In this document: positions 52,284-64,000 of the stretch, one piece after another | Position numbering within the stretch: position 1 is the stretch's first letter | Layout of the letters: the number at the start of each line of letters is the position of its first letter | NCBI RefSeq assembly: GCF_009914755.1 | Contig: NC_060943.1 | DNA from: the human T2T-CHM13v2.0 reference genome, Homo sapiens | Length of the DNA: 64,000 nucleotides | Direction: 5' to 3' (one strand) | Program-made: the position numbers and the translations under genes | Notes under the pieces: generated by a model | What the model saw: the letters and a program-made list of their open reading frames with translations, nothing else | Told to the model about the DNA's origin: nothing | The model's database searches: none

Positions 52284-53068
52284 TTAGGTACATAGTGTAA
52301 GAGCAGGGACAATAACCTGAGACAGGAAGGGTTTTGATGTTTGGGAAAAGAGAAAAGCAACTGTGACTGGGGCAGAGGTAGTCATGAGATGAGGGCAAGT
52401 TCCCAGGAGGAAGCTGGACACTGGCAGGGGCCCTGGACACAGGGCTGTGGAGCCACAGTGAGGAGTGGGGCTTTTGTCCTGGGGAACACGGGAAGCTGGT
52501 GGAGGGTTCCCTGCCAGGGACTGACATGACCTGCTTTAGATTTCGCTGTGATGTCCTCACACAGAGAAAGGCCCCGAAGATGGTCTCTGTGTCTGAGTCT
52601 ACAACTCTGTTTCTTCCATTCTTCTTTTTTTTTTTTCATTTTTAGGGTACTGCATCCCATTTAAAATTCTAATTACAACTGGACAGTCCCCTCTCACAGA
52701 AAAAAAGCCACATCCAGACACCCACTCTATTTTGCCAATCATTTCAGGGGCCAGGGTCACTCAGGTTGAGCTTTTCCGGTGTAGCCCCTCATCTGCAAGT
52801 TGCAGGGAGGCTCACTGAGGCTCAGAGTGAAGACATTTTCACCGAGTTACCCTGAGAAGGTCTGAGATGAGTGAAAAGATGTGTCTGAATTCTTACATGT
52901 GGGCCTGGAAGGGCTAATGGGAAGGGTTGGTCTTTATCACACCCATTATTGAAAATTAAAAAAGTGTCTTCCACATACCTGGGCTAAAAAAACCTCTTTT
53001 GCAAGGTTCTGATGCCATTGACTCCCAACATTTAATTCTTCATTACAAGAAAATCACAGTAACATTTA

Positions 53069-53452
<384 letters not shown>

Positions 53453-54699
53453 TTAAAAAAAAAAAAAAAAAAAAAGGGGGTGCTTTTGGCACAGCGTTCC
53501 GTGCCAATCCAACCCATCTTTCAACATTTGTCCAGAATGGACCAGAGGGCCTGAGGGAAACATGCACTTAATAGCTTACAGCTCAAGATTTTAACAAATG
53601 ACATAAGGAAAGAAAACTGAAAAATAGACTAACTGGTTAAACTACACTTTGATGTTACGGTAAAAGGTCACTGACATCTTTACCGGGTACACACTGAAAC
53701 AATCAAACCTCTGCATTAGGTACCAAAGGTTTCCAATAAATAATAAAGACTAGAAAGCATGCACATCTCGATTTGAACCAGACACAAACAGAAACTATTT
53801 TGAAATTGTTTTAAAAAATATAACAAATTCTGGGGTCAACAGGAAAATAACTGAAAAACATACATGTACAGAAAAAAATGATGTGAGCTGATTATAGGAT
53901 GCAACAAAGGCATCTTTCAGAAGTGATTATGTATTAAAAAAGAAATTTTGAAAACTAAGATTTATCTTGGCCAGGCACAGATGCTCACGCCTGTAATCCC
54001 AGCACTCTGGGAGGCAAAGATGTGCAGATCACCTGAGGTCAGGAGTTTAAGGTCAGCCTGGCCAACATGGTGAAACTCCATCTCTACTGAAAATACAAAA
54101 ATTAGCTGGGCGTGCTGACATATACCTGTAGTGCCACCTACTCAGGAGGTTGAGGCAAAAGAATCACTTGAACCCGGGAGACAGAGGTTGCAGTGAGCCA
54201 AGATCATGCCACTGCACTCCAGTGTGGGTGACTGAGTGAGATTCTGCACCCCCCAAAAAAAGGATAAAGAAAGAAAAATAGAAAAATGAAGAGGAAACAG
54301 AAAAAAAAATAAAGTAAATCTATTACACAAGAGAACAAAAGCAGTTTTCATGTTCCTGTTTTTGATTTTGTTTATTTTTTGTTTGTTTGCTTGTTTTTGT
54401 GAGATGGAGACTTGCTCTGCCACCCAGGCTGCAGGGCAGTGGCATGATTTCGGCTCACTGCAACCTCTACTTCCCAGGTTCAAGTGATTCTCGTGCCTCA
54501 GCATCTTGAGTAGCTGTGACTACAGGTGCATGCCACCACGCCCAGCTAATTTTTGTATTTTTAGTAGAGACCAGGTTGCACCATGTTGGCCAGGCTGGTC
54601 TTAAACTCCTGACCTTAGGTGACCTGCTCATCTCAGGTTCCCAAAGTGCTGGGATTACAGGCATGAGCCACCATGGTTTGATATTCCTTTAAAAAATTA

Positions 54700-56747
54700 T
54701 ATGTAGGCCAGGTGTGATGGCTAATCCCTGTAATGCTGGTACTTTGAGGGTCCAAGGCAGGAAGATCCTTTGCATCAAGGAATTTGAGACCAGCCTGGGA
54801 AACAGTGAAATCCCATTTCTCCAAACAACAACAACAACAAAACTAGCTGGGATTGGTGGCTCATGCCTGTGGTCCTAGCTACTCGGGAGGCCAAGGTACG
54901 AGGATCACTTGACCCCCGGAGGTCAAGGCTACAGTTAGAGGAGATCACTCCATGGCACTCCATCCTGGGTGATAGAGCCAGATGCTATCTCAAAATATTA
55001 ATTAATTAGTTAATTAAATTAAAAGTATTATTGAGGCAGAAATTAAAGAAGAAAGCAAATTTTCCTCTGCTGAGCTCACTCACTCCAAGGATAGTAACAT
55101 GAAAGGCCATAGAAAGGTTTGTGGTGACCCAGTCTAAGAAACTGGATACATCCCCCCCAACTACACATGGTTAAGAAAACAAATTCCTTTACTGTCTCTC
55201 CTTTCCCAGAATCATTAATTTTGACTATTTTTGCAAATGTCTGCATGTCTGTATTTAGCAAACTCTGTAAGTTCCTGTTTTTCTTTTGATGCATCTGCAA
55301 GGTCACAGCTAAGCAAGGCCACAAGTTATACCAAGGCAGCAGTTATGGTATAGATTACATAACCTGTCACTGTATGATTTACTGTCTTTGTCCTGCTTCT
55401 GTAAGCTTGCCTATATAAGCCCAGCTCTGTCTTTGTTCTGGGCTTAGCTTTCTGGATGTGAGTCCACTGAGCTGGTGTGCACCTTAATAAAACTCCTATG
55501 TTTCACCCATTGATCTCTCCAGTCCTCTCATTTCCCACATTATGTAATAACAGAAAGTGATTTTTTTCCCACCTCACCGCCCCACTTCCTACACCACCCT
55601 GCAAAAAGGGAAGAGAGTGAGACTCTCAAGTGAATAAATCACTATCCTGTGGCTGAATAGGGATTCCAAGTGAAAACTAACCTCTGATGCCAAGATTTAT
55701 AGAATGTACATGTCTTATAGATAGGCATTTTAAAATTCTCAGTTTCATCTGTATAATTTAAATAATTTATTTATTATATACACAGAAGTGAAGATGTCAC
55801 AAGTAATCATATCCAATGAACTCACTCACTCATCTGCCTTGGCCTCTAGAGTAGCTGTGAGTACAGGTGTGCACCATCATGCCCTGTTAATTTTTGTTTT
55901 TTGGAAGAGATGGGGGGTCTCACTATGTTACCCACACTGGTCTCAAACTCCTGGACTCAGGCAATCCCCTTGCCTCAGTCTCCTAAAGTGCTGGGATTAC
56001 AGGCATTAGTCACTGTGCCTGGCCCCTCTGTCTTCATTACTGTGCTTCCCTCCCTAATTCTGTAAATATCTCTCATTCTCCCCTTCTCTCTCTAGCTCTT
56101 TTTTTTCTATTTCCCTGGGATTCTGCACCTCATTCTGTACCCCTCTCTTCTCCTGCTGTTTATTCCCTTCTTACCTCTATTCCTTCTCTTCCACCTCTTC
56201 TGCTTCATCCTTGGAACTTATATAACCTCTTGTTCCTCCTTCTCCCCAGTCTTTCAATCATCCTCAATCTCCATATATTTCCACCTCTTCTCCCATCTCT
56301 GCACCTCCTCTTTTCTCCCTGTTAAATTATCTCTTCCCTGTTATACCCCTCTGTACCCACTCTCTGGCACCCTAGATTCCCAGCTGTGTTCCCTGCTGTT
56401 GTTCTTCCTCTGTTCTCCTTGCCACCAGCACCACTCTGCTCTGTCTGTCCTGGCTGCAAATCCCTCCTCCTCTCCCTCACTCTGATGAGCCTCCCTTTTT
56501 GCTGCCCCTCTTCCTGCCTTGCTGTTCTTCATCTCTCTGTACATCTAGCTTTTCTCTACATTTCTCCAGTTGCTTTTCTCCTCCTGCTTTCTTATCTTTT
56601 TTTTTTTTCACTTTTGTCACCTCTTGGCAAATCCCTCACCCCTCCTCTACTTTACCATCTGTTATGAGTCTCTCTCATTCTTCTTTTCTCTGTCTCAGGT
56701 TTTCTACTGCTCTATGTCTGTCTCCTGATCCCTTTGGCCCACAGAAT
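54700..56747 (-). repeat. Third paralogous copy of ZNF83-type intron 1 (matches ~44450-46105); exon 1 and promoter absent
   Basis: Direct matches such as gctgaatagggattccaagtg at 55652 and 44892, plus the CT-rich tract; homology stops at 56747. Confidence 0.85.
55032..55539 (+). mobile_element. Solo LTR (probably LTR10/HERV-I group)
   Basis: TG...CA termini; TATA-like ctatataagc ~55411; AATAAA ~55486; TSD TTAT; empty site present in the paralogue at ~11675-11700. Confidence 0.8.
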
Positions 56748-59980
<3,233 letters not shown>

Positions 59981-60429
59981 TGTGGTGTGGTGGCACACAT
60001 CTGAAATCCTAGCTACTTGGGAGGCTTAGAAAAGAGAATTGCTTGAATGCAGGAGGTGGAGGTTGCAGTGAACCAAGATTGTGCCATTGCACGCCAGCTT
60101 GGGCGACAAGAGAAAGACTCTGTCTCAAAAAAAAAAAAAAAAAAGAAAGAAAGAAAAGAAAAGAAAGAAAGAAGGAAAGAAAAAACAGGCTGGGCAAACT
60201 GGTTCAGGTCTGTTGGCCCAGCTGGTCTCAAACTGCTGACCTCAAGTGATCTGCCTGCCTTGGCCTCCCAAAGTGCTGGGATTATAGGTGTGAGCAACTG
60301 CACCCTGCCCATTCTTCTTGACGTAAACACTTTTTATGTCAATTAATGCTTGAACTCAATGTTAAGTCAACTCAAACTCTAGTCAATGCAGAATTGACTC
60401 TAATGTCAATTAAAGTTTGTCATTTTCTA

Positions 60430-62875
<2,446 letters not shown>

Positions 62876-63051
62876 TTAAGTACAGATGGTAAATAATATT
62901 TAATACTGAAATGTGTTAATATTACACAAAAAGCAATACTTATTTTAAAATTCCCAAATATGATCTTCAAAGTTTAAGAACACCCTGTCTCTATTAAAAA
63001 TACAAAAATTAGCCAGGCATGGTGGTGGATGCCTGTAATCCCAGCTACTCA

Positions 63052-63156
<105 letters not shown>

Positions 63157-64000
63157 TCAAACAGAGTTCAGTCAAGAGCCTCATATATATGATGCAGTAA
63201 GCCTGAATGATGTCCTCCCTAAGAGGAATTTCTACAGCAGTGACTGCTGTTTAGAGAACATGATCATTAGTTTATGTGATGATCACTGTCACAGTACCAG
63301 TGAGAGATGCTTCTGTGATGCTCCTTAAAAACCAGAACAAAAGGCCAAGGGTGGTGGCTCAGGTTTGTAATCCCAACACTTGGCTAGAGGCTGAGGTGGG
63401 CAGATTGCTTGAGACAAGGAGTTTGAGACCAGCCTGGCCAACATGGTGATTCCCCATCTCTAATAAAAATACAAAAATTAGCAAGGCATGGTGACTTGCA
63501 TCTGTAATTCCAGTTAGGTTGGGAGGCTGAGGTATGAGAATTGCTTGAATGCAGGAGGCGGAGGTTGCAATGAGCTGAGATCACAACAGTGCACTCCAGC
63601 CTGAGCAAGAGAGGGAGACTCTGTCTCAAAAAACAAAACAAAACAAAAGCAGAATCACAGCTGGAAACACTTGTCAGTCACTGTCATGCTTTCTAGCTCA
63701 TCTCCTGGGCCACCCTGACAATTCTGCTCAGGGCTACCAGGGGCATCTCTGCTTAGAGCAGGATGACGTTCAATTCTATTAGTCAAAGTGTTCATGAATG
63801 TTCTGTTTTTATGTAAAACCACTCCATAGGATAGTCTCTAAGAAGCTGTCTATGACAGACAGGAGGATCATCACTGCAGAAAACAATGACATGTACATCA
63901 AAAGCATGTATGCGGCAAAATCACAAAAGAGAATACAAAACCAGGAAGAGCCAAGATAGACAAGGGCAGATTCCTCACATCAGGAGGGACATTTTCCTCA

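Overview
Primate (almost certainly human, chr19q13.41-type) KRAB zinc-finger cluster DNA, rich in Alus and ERVs. Left to right: (1) the + strand pseudogene ZNF137P, with a KRAB-A exon at 548-674 and a disrupted finger exon from 4063, and an antisense SVA in its intron; (2) an apparently unnamed + strand remnant of a ZNF83-like gene (CpG promoter/exon 1 at ~9.8 kb, decayed KRAB-B at ~12.6 kb); (3) the - strand ZNF83 gene, with promoter ~46.8 kb, ATG exon 43506-43593, intact KRAB-A exon 27386-27512 and a finger exon. A single in-frame TGA separates its KRAB from the 516-aa finger ORF; (4) two HERV-H proviruses of different LTR7 types in tandem inside a ZNF83 intron; (5) a third partial copy of ZNF83 intron 1, cut off by a scrambled HERV-I/HERVIP10-like element that contains a fold-back palindrome, an inverted RT piece and an unexplained insert; (6) a fully open 14-finger exon (61109-62844, -) that is the close paralogue of ZNF137P, with its KRAB exon donor at the window edge. 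Most short ORFs in the supplied track are Alu, SVA or alternative-frame artefacts. Gene names and repeat subfamilies come from recognising the sequence, not from database searches. No prokaryote-style novel system is present. The most interesting candidates are the split KRAB/finger architecture of ZNF83, the intact ZNF137P paralogue with reciprocal decay, and the rearranged ERV.
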